Shown piece after piece: positions 54,411 through 63,600 of a stretch of 64,000 bases of DNA. Under the pieces are notes generated by a model. That model did not search any database, was not told the origin of the DNA, and was given only the letters and a program-made list of their open reading frames with translations. This DNA is from an uncultured Pseudomonadota bacterium. Lineage in GTDB: Bacteria; Myxococcota_A; UBA796; SXON01. Position 1 is the stretch's first letter; every line of letters begins with the position of its first letter. The stretch is from assembly GCA_903959175.1 (NCBI GenBank), contig CAJBVW010000056.1:42478-106477 (forward strand), written 5' to 3'. The position numbers were made by a program, and so were the translations under genes.

Positions 54411-54455
54411 GAACGCCCGCTTCTCGAGAGAGGGGCGGGCGTTCTTGGGTTTTTT
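54411..54455 (+). terminator. Rho-independent terminator with no adjacent plus-strand gene (orphan)
   Basis: GAACGCCCGC (54411-54420) pairs with GCGGGCGTTC (54435-54444). The inner stem can extend to a GAGA tetraloop. It is followed by ttgggTTTTTT (T-run 54450-54455). Confidence 0.8.
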
Positions 54456-54633
54456 GGGGGGTGACGGCCGCCTCATCTGCAGGTCACACCCACGGCGCCG
54501 CGACAGTCACAGGCCGAGGCCGTCCGCCCGTTGCGGATGGGCCCGGGCCTCCCCCGGCTCGCGGGAGCGCACCCCGCGCGGATGCCACAGGTGCGGCCTC
54601 CCCGGCCGATCCGGAACAGAAGTGCGAGACCGC

Positions 54634-55353
54634 CTACTCCAGCCACCCTGATGGTGCGGACTTCGGCGGGACGCTTCGGCCCCTAAAGAAGCTCGGGTTA
54701 GCGCACGGCTTCTGGTACGTCACGTCCATGAGCTTGTAGGGTGGGACCGCCCGGGGGTTCTTCGAGGCCTCCCACCGCCCCGTCACGGTGACCTCCTGCC
54801 CGTCGCAAGCGCAGCCGAAACGTCGGTGGCGCTCGAAGCTCGGCTCATCGCTGCCGGAGAACAGCGGCACGGGCCGCCCGTCCACGAGAAGCACGATGCC
54901 GTAGCGCACCGCGTCGGTGGCGGGCTCCGCGCCGTAGCCGGGGGCGAGGAACCACCACCAGCGGCGAAGGGTGCCGGTCAGGGTAGCGGTTTCTCCGTAC
55001 GTCGGCAGCCAGGTCGCAGCCGGGGTGCACGAGAGGATCCGAGCGCCAGTCAACGTGCCGCCCGACCACGCGGAGTCGCCCGGCACGAAGACGGCCTCGA
55101 CAACAACCCGCCCGCCCAGGCACGCGGCCGCGTCGGCGGTCATCGTCAGCTTCTCCGCGTCACCGCTCGAGTACATCACGTACTCCAAGCCGTCTTTGGG
55201 GGTGTCGAGGCGCAGGACCGGCCCGACGAACATCTTGTCCGTAGCCTCCTCGCCGAACCCAGGCTGCGTCGGCCACCAGTGGGGCTCGAGCGTCCCGGAG
55301 AATCGCTCTGTGGCAGATGAGGTGGTGACGCAGGCGAGAAGGAGCAGCAGCAT
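54634..55353 (-). CDS. Putative lipoprotein with an internal two-domain duplication
   Basis: 239 aa. N-terminal MLLLLLACVTT is lipobox-like (LLAC). Two similar halves (..GTLEPHWWPTQPGFGEEATD.. and ..GTLRRWWWFLAPGYGAEPATD..). Confidence 0.65.
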   Translation of the reverse strand: MLLLLLACVTTSSATERFSGTLEPHWWPTQPGFGEEATDKMFVGPVLRLDTPKDGLEYVMYSSGDAEKLTMTADAAACLGGRVVVEAVFVPGDSAWSGGTLTGARILSCTPAATWLPTYGETATLTGTLRRWWWFLAPGYGAEPATDAVRYGIVLLVDGRPVPLFSGSDEPSFERHRRFGCACDGQEVTVTGRWEASKNPRAVPPYKLMDVTYQKPCANPSFFRGRSVPPKSAPSGWLE

Positions 55354-56084
55354 CAGTACCCCTCCTCATCCAGTTCGCGAAGCACGCGCGCCGTCTCTGA
55401 CTGCGGGTTCCTCAGGCCGTGCGCCGTGCCATAGTTGTCTCGCACGAAGGTGAACAGCCTGGTCTCGCCGAACAGCTTGACGAAGGTCGCGAAGGGCTTC
55501 AGGACGGGGCCCCACAACCCGCCGCGATCGGCGAGCTCTTCGCCGACTGCGCCGAGGGTCGCACACCACCTGTCGAAGGTGCCTGCCGCTTCCGGAGACC
55601 GCAGGTCCACCTCGACCACCGCGAGGGTCGTGGCCAGCAGTTGCTCCACCAAGGCGATCTTCTCGGCATCCTCCATCAGGCCCGTCAATTCGTCAGCGAG
55701 GCCCGAGGGTGTTGCGAGCTTCTTGGCGGCCTCGTCCAGCCGTACAGCAGCGTCGGACAGCCCGTGCTCCCGCGCGTGCCCGGCGAGCTCGCCCAACTTT
55801 TCCTGCGCGGAGGAGAGGTTGCTCGCAGTCTGCTTGGCGAGCGCCAAGGCATCCTCCGTTTCACTGTCATCCAGCCCAAGCAGGTCCTTGGTCGCCGCCC
55901 ATGCCCGTCCCAGCCCGCCGCTGATGTCCCCGTTGAGCTCGGCAGCGTCGACACGTCCGATACCGGCGCGCTCGACGGCGGCGGCGTTGCCTTCCGGCAG
56001 CCGCACCGACGGCGCGGAAGTGTCCGTACTCGTCCCAACGCCTCTGGTCGAAGGGCTGGTTGTCTGATTTGACTTAGATGGCAT
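55353..56084 (-). CDS. Hypothetical protein (243 aa) co-transcribed with the lipoprotein
   Basis: Start taken at ATG 56084 (MPSKSNQTTSPS..). Disordered Ser/Thr-rich N-terminus, then a helical region. TGATG junction with the lipoprotein gene. Confidence 0.55.
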   Translation of the reverse strand: MPSKSNQTTSPSTRGVGTSTDTSAPSVRLPEGNAAAVERAGIGRVDAAELNGDISGGLGRAWAATKDLLGLDDSETEDALALAKQTASNLSSAQEKLGELAGHAREHGLSDAAVRLDEAAKKLATPSGLADELTGLMEDAEKIALVEQLLATTLAVVEVDLRSPEAAGTFDRWCATLGAVGEELADRGGLWGPVLKPFATFVKLFGETRLFTFVRDNYGTAHGLRNPQSETARVLRELDEEGY

Positions 56085-56379
56085 ACTGGCTCCTGTAGGC
56101 TCGCTGTGGTGCAGCCTCAAGCTTACGACGACACGCGGGTTGTCTGTCAAGTGGTGCTCACGACGATCTCGCGTCCGCACGCGTCGCCGCAGGCGGTTCG
56201 GCCTGTTCGCCAGTTCAGCGCCTCCCTCCCATGTCCCTGCTGCTAGCATCGACCCCCTCCACGAAGTCAGCGACGCACAGCCGACCGCAGAGGTCGGCGC
56301 CGCGCCTGCTCACCGGCGCTCCGACCCGCCGAGGGCTCTACCCCCCTCCCCAAACCCCTCCGCCCAGCCGCACCTCCCC

Positions 56380-56679
56380 TCAGCGAATCCACACCGCAAA
56401 GCCGCTGCCGAGCGCACTCTCCAGCCCGTCCGCGACCTCGTCGAAGATGCGCGCCTTCCGCGTGCGCCGCTTCTTGCGGGAGTGGTTCGCCTCGCCAGCG
56501 ACCCAGCCCGCGAGGCTCTCGAGGTCGAACCGCATGCCCGTCAAGCGGATGCCGTCCTCGGTGACGGTCGCGGTGGCAAGGACCTCCTCGGAGCAGGGGA
56601 AGCGGAACTCGTGGAGGAGCGCGAGCCCCTCCTCGGTGATGTAGGCGGTGATGGTCTCGTGGGAGTCGCGGGTTGGCAT
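56380..56679 (-). CDS. Small hypothetical protein (99 aa)
   Basis: Internal ATG 56679 (MPTRDSHETITAYITEEGLALLHEFRFPCSEEVLATATVTEDGIRLTGMRFDLESLAGW..) gives a normal-looking composition. The longer track ORFs add Arg-rich extensions. Confidence 0.45.
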   Translation of the reverse strand: MPTRDSHETITAYITEEGLALLHEFRFPCSEEVLATATVTEDGIRLTGMRFDLESLAGWVAGEANHSRKKRRTRKARIFDEVADGLESALGSGFAVWIR

Positions 56680-56792
56680 CGCCAGGGATTCTACCTTCGC
56701 GCGCGTGAACGTCACCACCCGCGCCCTCCCGACCCTTCGCTGTCCGCCACACCACGCGCGGGGCGTCTCCCTCCGCAAACCCCAGCATCGGA

Positions 56793-57672
56793 GTGCAGAT
56801 GTACGAGGAGCGGTCCCGGACGATCGACTGGAAGGCGCGGGCGGAGCGCGTCCGCGCCGAACGCGAAGAGGTCGCCGCGCTGGCGATCAAGTGGGGCGTG
56901 CCGGTTCTCTGGGGGCCCTACCGGGCGGCCGCCCGATCCTGCTTCAAGTGTGGCGAGCGCATCGTGGTCTACACCTGGCGCGGTCAAGGACCGGAACGCG
57001 CCACGAACGGCGCGGGCGGCCTGGGCCCTCGACGACGCTGCGCGCGTCGACGCCGCGCTCCGGGCGTCGTGCGCCGACCCGATGGCGGTGTCGGTCGCCG
57101 CCAGCCGCGTGTTGCTGGCGGCCCCGGAGCTGGTTGACGCGTCGGTGGTCCGCGCCGCGTTGCGGAGCGACGTGCTGGAGGCGGTTCGCCGCCTGTTGGC
57201 CCGCGGTGATCACGGCGCCGCGGCCACCCTGGCAGCCGCGCTGCCGGCGCCGCCTGAGGCGCGGGTGCTCGTCTGCCTGGCGGGCGCCGACATCGACGGC
57301 GCGCGGGCTGCGGCCCGGGACTGCGCCGCGGCGGGTGCCTGGAGCCCCGCGGTCGCGGTCCTCGTGCTTGGAGACTCCCAAGTCGAGGAGGCCACGCGAT
57401 CCGAGGCGGCGCGCATCACGGTGGAAAGTCTGCGGCCTGCCCCGACCGAACGCGACGCCCAGGAGGCCCTCGGCGCGCTCGCGTGCAACCGGACGGCGGC
57501 TACGTGGGCGCGCGTTGCCGTCGCCCTCACCGGCGTGGGGCGAATCGACGTGTTGCTCGAAGCTGTCGGGCGTTCCGAGCGCATGGTCGGCCCGTGGCGC
57601 CTGCTCGTGGCCGAGCGGCGCATGCCGCTCTGGGGGACCTCCTCGACGTCCAGCCCGTGGGGAGCTTCGTGA
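56793..57672 (+). pseudogene. Possible frameshifted gene: Zn-ribbon-like N-terminus in frame 3 continuing as an Ala-rich region in frame 1
   Basis: ORF 56793 reads well (MQMYEERSRTIDWKARAERVRAEREEVAALAIKWGVPVLWGPYRAAARSCFKCGERIVVYTWRGQGPE) and then degenerates. From about 57000 the plausible reading (..AAWALDDAARVDAALRASCADPMAVSVAASRVLLAAPELVDASVV..) is in the frame of ORF 56140-57672. Confidence 0.3.
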
Positions 57673-58583
57673 GCAGCGCCCGGGCGGACGAGTTCGCCTG
57701 CGTCGTGGTCGACCCGGGCAACACGACGGACCTCTGGGTAGACGGGATCGAGGTCCTCCCGTCGAACAGCGCCATCGCCCACCACGCGCTCGTGTACACG
57801 GACCCCGCCCGCAGCGCCGAGGCCCTGGCGAACGACGCCGGGTGGTACGAGTGCGCCGGCGGGATGGGCCTCACCGACAGCACCTTCCTGTCCACCTGGG
57901 TGCCCGGCTCCGGGCCGACGGTGGCGCCCGAGGGCACCGGGCTCCGCATCCCGGCCAACTCCCTGATCGTGCTGCAGATGCACTACCACCCGTCCGGCAG
58001 CGCCGGGCTCGAGGACCGCACGACGCTGCGCCTCCAACAGATGGCCGACACGCCCTCCGCCGAGCTGCACAACACGCTCCTCGGCAACGCCTACGACGAG
58101 GCCTCCGGCCTGCTCCCCGGCCCGAACGATGACGGCGCCGCGGAGTTCCGCATCCCGGCGAACGTGGCCGGGCACACGGAGGAGATGTTCACCACGATCG
58201 AGGGGTCGTTCCCGAACCTCCCCATCGCCAACGTCGGCGCGCACATGCACCTCATCGGCACGCAGATGGAGCTCTGGATCGAGCGGAGCGACCCCGACGC
58301 GGGCGAGCCCGACACGGAGTGCCTGCTCCCGGTCTCCCGCTACGACTACGATTGGCAGCAGCTCTACCGCTACGACGCGCCCCTCGCGGAGATGCCCGCC
58401 ATCTCCGGCGGCGACTCCATCCGGATGCGCTGCACCTACGACAACACGCTCGACAACCCCGGCACGCGACGCGCGCTCGAGGACGCGCTCGAGGACGCGG
58501 GCGAGGACGCGCCGGTCGACATTCACCTCGGCGAAGGCACGCTGGACGAGATGTGCATCGCGATGGTGGGCGTGGTGTACTGA
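57483..58583 (+). CDS. Copper type II ascorbate-dependent monooxygenase (PHM/DBH)-like protein; start uncertain, possibly 5'-truncated
   Basis: His motifs in the typical order: SAIAHHALVY, LQMHYHPSG, GAHMHLIGTQME, and a C-terminal ..DEMCIAMVGVVY. Recognisable similarity starts at about 57640. No signal peptide is visible and the N-terminal ~50 codons are Arg-rich. Confidence 0.6.
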   Translation: MQPDGGYVGARCRRPHRRGANRRVARSCRAFRAHGRPVAPARGRAAHAALGDLLDVQPVGSFVSSARADEFACVVVDPGNTTDLWVDGIEVLPSNSAIAHHALVYTDPARSAEALANDAGWYECAGGMGLTDSTFLSTWVPGSGPTVAPEGTGLRIPANSLIVLQMHYHPSGSAGLEDRTTLRLQQMADTPSAELHNTLLGNAYDEASGLLPGPNDDGAAEFRIPANVAGHTEEMFTTIEGSFPNLPIANVGAHMHLIGTQMELWIERSDPDAGEPDTECLLPVSRYDYDWQQLYRYDAPLAEMPAISGGDSIRMRCTYDNTLDNPGTRRALEDALEDAGEDAPVDIHLGEGTLDEMCIAMVGVVY

Positions 58584-58598
58584 GGTACGGCCGACGCA

Positions 58599-58608
58599 GG
58601 GGGGGGGG
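58599..58608 (+). repeat. G10 homopolymer tract in the intergenic region upstream of the Mks operon
   Basis: Read directly: ..cgacgcaGGGGGGGGGGcgcgcg.. C-rich runs follow at about 58640-58665. Confidence 0.9.
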
Positions 58609-58697
58609 CGCGCGCGACTCGGGGCTCCCTGAACAGGGCCCCCAAAATCCCACCCCCCCACTGTCCGCCCCTCCAAAGGTGGTACGTCTACGCCCGC

Positions 58698-59972
58698 ATG
58701 GACATCGACCGCGACTTCGCCCGCCTCCGCACCCAGAACGTGTCGCTCGCGCTCTCCACGGCAGACCTCTGCTGCCTGCTGGTGCTCCGCGTGCGGGAGG
58801 CCGACGCCGCCGCGCTCCTCGAGCGGGACGTGCTCGACCTGCTCGCCAGCGTGCACGAGCAGTTCCCCGAGGCCGACAACCCCCGGAAGCGCGCCACGCA
58901 CGGGCTGCAACGCCTGCGGGAGCAGCGCCTCGTCACGCTGGTGAGCCTCGGCGGGCTCGCACGGGAAGGGGAGTACAGCCTCTCGGGGCTCGGGCGCGGC
59001 ATCGTGGACTTCTTCGTGGACGACGCGAAGCTCACGAAGGAGAGCCTGAAGGTCCTCACCGCGACGCTCGGGGCGCAGCTCACGCGGGTGCGGGACGAGG
59101 CGCGCGCGGCAGGCACGCCCGAGCAGTGGGAGGAGCGCGTGGTGGTGCCGATCTCGGTGGCGTCGCGCTCGCTGCTGGAGGGGATCGAGCGACGGACGCG
59201 CGGGCTCGACGAGGACCAGGCGGCGGTCCGGGCCGACATCGCGCGGCTGCTCACGGAGCGGTGGCTCGAGGCGATGGAGCAGACGCAGGGCCTCCTCGAA
59301 GCGACCACGGCGCGGCTGGAGGAGCTGCGGGACGTGATCCTGGAGGAGCAGAAGGGGCTGGAGGCCATCCTCGACGACATCGAGGGGCTCGCGCAGGCGG
59401 CCGGCGCGGCGCGGGCCGAGCGGGCGGTGGCAGAGTTGGTCGCCGACCTCGCGCGGCTGTCGGGCTGGGCGGTGAAGCGGCACGACGAGTGGTCGGCGTA
59501 CTACCAGTCGATGTTACAGACACTCCGCTCGTTGGTCCGGCTCGACCCCGACCGCGCGTTGACACAGCGCCTGCGAGACTCGCTCCAGGCGTGGCCGGAT
59601 CGGCCGTGGAGCCTCGTGGTGTCACCGAGGCTGCGGATTCGCGTGCTTCGCCCCGTCGAGCACGCGGTCGACCGCCCGCTGGTCGAGCGGGAACACCGCG
59701 CCGAAGAGGCGATCACGCGGGTCGCCCCGACGACGGCCGTGCCGCTGGAGGTGCGGGTGCTCGCCGCGGTGGACGCCGGCGCGCGCACGCTGACGGAGGT
59801 GCTCCGGGTGGTGCTCCCCGAGGTGCCCGAGGAGGCGCGGTTCCGGGACGCCGGGAGGGTGGCGGAGATCGTCGCGAGCAAGACGCTGCTCCAGACCCCG
59901 CTCGAACGCGCGTGGACGCATGTGCGGGACGGGCTGACCGTCGAAGAATGGCAGATCGGGGGGCGGCGATGA
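58698..59972 (+). CDS. mksF: MukF-like kleisin (MksF)
   Basis: 424 aa. It is the first gene of a three-gene operon with ATGA junctions. The N-terminal wHTH-like region and helical middle are in MukF-like order. Assignment is supported by the clear MukE and MukB homologs downstream. Confidence 0.7.
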   Translation: MDIDRDFARLRTQNVSLALSTADLCCLLVLRVREADAAALLERDVLDLLASVHEQFPEADNPRKRATHGLQRLREQRLVTLVSLGGLAREGEYSLSGLGRGIVDFFVDDAKLTKESLKVLTATLGAQLTRVRDEARAAGTPEQWEERVVVPISVASRSLLEGIERRTRGLDEDQAAVRADIARLLTERWLEAMEQTQGLLEATTARLEELRDVILEEQKGLEAILDDIEGLAQAAGAARAERAVAELVADLARLSGWAVKRHDEWSAYYQSMLQTLRSLVRLDPDRALTQRLRDSLQAWPDRPWSLVVSPRLRIRVLRPVEHAVDRPLVEREHRAEEAITRVAPTTAVPLEVRVLAAVDAGARTLTEVLRVVLPEVPEEARFRDAGRVAEIVASKTLLQTPLERAWTHVRDGLTVEEWQIGGRR

Positions 59973-60601
59973 GCGGCGTGTACGCGAGCCTGGAGGCGGT
60001 CATCGAGGACCGCCTGTTCCCGACGGTAGACGTGCGGCTCCGGGAGGGGTGTCACCTCTGCGGAGAGGATCGCGAGGCCTTCGCGTTCGTCACCACCGCG
60101 TACCCCTTCCTCGAGCGCCTCTACGAGCGCTACGGCTACGACCTCGTGCGCGCCGAGGCGGGGTACGTCTTCCTCAAGCCCAACGCCGGGGTGCGCCAAT
60201 CCAAGCTCTCGGCCGCGTGCATGCTCGTCGGGCAGGCCCTGGCCTCGCTCCTCCTCGACCCCGCGATCTTCGCGCTGGACCGCCGGGTGTCACGCGGGCG
60301 CCTGATCGACACGCTGCAGCAGGTCGTCGGAGAGGAGCGGCTGCTTAAGGCGCTGAAGCTCGCAAAACGCAGCCGCAACGCGTCGGTGGAGGCCCAGAAC
60401 CTGCGCCGGGAGGTCGACGCCGCGCTGCGCGTGCTGGAGCAGCTCGGGTTCGTGCGGCAGCTCGACGACAGCATCGAGCTGCGCGCGCCGCTCTACCGCT
60501 TCGTCGAGGCGGTGAAGGGGGCAGGGGACGAGCGCGCGGCGCTCGACGACCTGCTCGCGGGCGGCCCGGACGAGCCCGAAGCGGACGAGGAGGGCGAATG
60601 A
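59969..60601 (+). CDS. mksE: MukE-like protein (MksE)
   Basis: 210 aa; ATG 59969 overlaps the mksF stop. ..FPTVDVRLREGCHLCGEDREAFAFVTTAYPFLERLYERYGYDLVRAEAGYVFLKPNAG..LSAACMLVGQALASLLLDPA is collinear with E. coli MukE ([47 protein letters not shown]..). Confidence 0.8.
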   Translation: MSGVYASLEAVIEDRLFPTVDVRLREGCHLCGEDREAFAFVTTAYPFLERLYERYGYDLVRAEAGYVFLKPNAGVRQSKLSAACMLVGQALASLLLDPAIFALDRRVSRGRLIDTLQQVVGEERLLKALKLAKRSRNASVEAQNLRREVDAALRVLEQLGFVRQLDDSIELRAPLYRFVEAVKGAGDERAALDDLLAGGPDEPEADEEGE

Positions 60602-63600
60602 GCCGCGCACGGATCGAGGCGCTGGCCCTGGTCAATTGGAAGGGCGTCTTCTACGAACGCTACCAGTTCGACCGGGCCGTCACCGCGCTCGAAGGTGCCA
60701 ACGGGGCGGGCAAGACCACGGTGATGATCGCCGCGTACGTGGCGCTCTTCCCGGAGATCGGGAAGCTCCGGTTCACCAACCTCGGGGAGCACGAGGCGAC
60801 CAAGGGCGACCGCGGGATCTACGGCCGCCTCGGCCGGGAAGGGTGGCCGTCGTTCACGGTGCTCGACCTCCGCTACGGGCGGAACGAGCGCATCCTCGCC
60901 GGGGTGAAGATCGACCGCAAGAACGAGCCGGTGGTCGAGCTGGAGCCGTTCATCGTCCGCGGGCTCGCCGAGGACGTGCGGCTCCAGGACGTGTTGCTCG
61001 ACATCCGCCAGGAAGACGATCGCACGGTGGACCGCCTCCTCGACAAGACCCGGCTCGTCCAGCGCGTGGCCCGCGCGGGCGGCACGCTCCGCTGGTACGA
61101 ACCCCGGCAGTACTTCCGCGAGCTCTTCGACTTGGGTCTGACACCCCTGCGGCTCGACTCGGAAGACGAGCGCGCCCGCTTCAACGACATGCTCCGCACC
61201 AGCATGATCGGGGGCATCTCCCGCACGCTCTCCGGCGGCCTGCGGGACTTCGTGCTGCAGGAGGACTCCAACCTCGCCGAGAGCCTGCGCGCGATGCGCG
61301 ACAACCTCGCGGCCTGCCAGGTCACCCGCCGTGAGGTCGAGGAGTCGGGCGTCGCACAGAAGGAGATCAGCGAGGTCTACCGCACGGCGGAGACGATGTT
61401 CAGCCGCGCGGTGCACGCGGCCCGGATGCGCGCGGAGGAGCAGGCCCTCGCGCTCCAGGCGGCGCGGACGCGCAGGGAAGACGCGGCGCAGCAGGCGCGG
61501 CGCGCGGGGGAGCTGCTCGAGGCGAAGGACGGCGAGGTCGCGCGGAGCGAGGAGGGTGAGGGCGCGGCCGAGGGGGAGGCGCGTCGGACGGGGGAGTGGC
61601 GCGAGCGGGTGGAGCAGGCGGGCCGGCTCCTGGCGCAGCGCCGGGACGGGGAGGCGACGCGGGGGAATCGTCGGGAACGTTGGGTGCTCGAACGCGACGC
61701 TGAGGCCGCGGCGACGGGCTCCCTGGAGGCGTCGCGGGCGGCGCGCGACGGAGCCGTGACGGAGCGTGACGGGCTGTCGCGCGCGCTCGCCGACTCGCGC
61801 AGCTCGTGGGCCGAGCTGTCGCGCCGGGCAGGGTTGCACGAGGAGGCCCTGCGTCGGCACGCGACGCTGATGGAGCGGCTGGGCGAGGCCGTCCGCGCTC
61901 GCTCCGCCTTCGAGCCGCTGCGCCTCGCGAAGCTGGCCCGCACCGGCGTCCTGGACGCGGCGCTGGCCGAGGCGCGCCGCACGATCGCGGGCGCCGAGAC
62001 CGCGCGCCGGGAGTTCGGGGAGGTCGCCACCGCGCTGGACGAGGTGGTCACGGCCTTGGCGGGGGTCGGCGAGGCCGCGCCCGGGCCGGTGCCGCCCACC
62101 GAGGCCTGGGAGCGCGGGCAGGCGGCCGACGCGCTCCTGCGGGACCTGCGCGTCGCGGTGGGGGAGCGCGAGGCGCTGGGGCGAGGCGTGCGGGCCGCCA
62201 CGCTGCGCGCCGAACAGCAGGGGGCGCTCGCCGCCCGCCTCGGAGAGCTCGGCCTCGCCCCCGACTCGGCGGACGCCCTGGTGGCCCTCGCCCGAGCGGC
62301 CCGAGAGGCGCGCGAGGCCGGCGCCGCGCGGGTCGTAGAGGCGGCGCGCGGAGACCAGGACGCCCAGGCGCGGCTCCGCGCGGCGCGGGACCGGCTGCTG
62401 GAGCTGGACAACGAGGTGCCGCGCTGGCGCGCCGTCCAGGGGCTCGCGCGCGCCCTCGCCGAGCGGATCGGGGCGTTGCCGCCAGACGCGCCGGGCCTGC
62501 TCGCCGCCGACGACGCGCAGCGCACCCTCGAGCACCAGCTCCGGAGCGCGTCCGAGGCCGCGCGGGCCCGTGCGCGGGAGCTTCGCCGGGAGGCCGATCG
62601 CCTCGCTTCGTCGGAGGGCGGGCTCGCCGCGGAGCTCGTCGAGGCCTGCGACGTCGTCGACGGCGAGCTCGTCGTCCGCCGCTTCGACGAGGTCCCGCTC
62701 GCGGAGGCCGCTGCCACGGAGGCGCTGCTCGGGCCGCTGCGGCGGGGCATCCTCGTCCGCGACCCCGCCGAAGCCGCCGCGCGGCTGCTCGCGCACGGCG
62801 CGCTCCCGGACGAGGTGTGGCTCGTCACTGAGGTGCCCGGCGCCCTGCCTGGCGAACGCCACGCCGACGGGGTGGTGGTCCGCGAGGGCGGCGCCGTCCG
62901 CGTCACGCGCCACCCGGAGCGCCCGGTGCTCGGTGCGGAGGCCCGCCGGCGCCAGGTGGCCGAGCTTCGGGAGGCGGCCGTCGCGGCCGACGCCGACGCC
63001 GAGCGCCTGGTCCGGGACGCGAACGCCGCGGCCCACACCGCCGCGCGCCTCCGGGAGCTCGCCGCGGACGCCCGGCGGTGGCTGGCCCCCGACCCGGCGG
63101 TCGAGCTCGAGCGGGGGCGTCGTGAAGCGGCGATGCTGGCAGCCGAGGCCGAGCAGGCCGCGGAGGCCCACGCCAACGCCATCGCGGCGCAGGCACGCCT
63201 CGCCGACCGCGACGCGCGGCTCTCCCGGCTCGTGCCGGACGCGCACCTCCTCGACGCGGGGGACGTGCGGGCGGAGCGCGATCGGCTCAAGGCGCGTCTG
63301 GACCGCGTGCTCCGCGTGGCCCCCGCGCTCGAGCGCTGCGCCGAGGCCGCCGCGCGGCTCACCCGACGCCTGCCCGTGCTGCGGGTCGTCCCGCCCTCGG
63401 TGGCGGAGGTCGTCCGGTTGCGCGGCCGTCAGGCCGACCTCGAGGCGGAGCGGGACCGCGAGGACGCCGACGCCCGCGCGCTCGAGTGGCTCCACACCAA
63501 CGCGGACGCGCTGGGCTGGACCGACGCCCCGGACCTCCTGCGCAGCGCCACGAGGGGCGAGCAGTCCCTCGTCGACCGACACGCGGTCGCGTCGGCCCGC

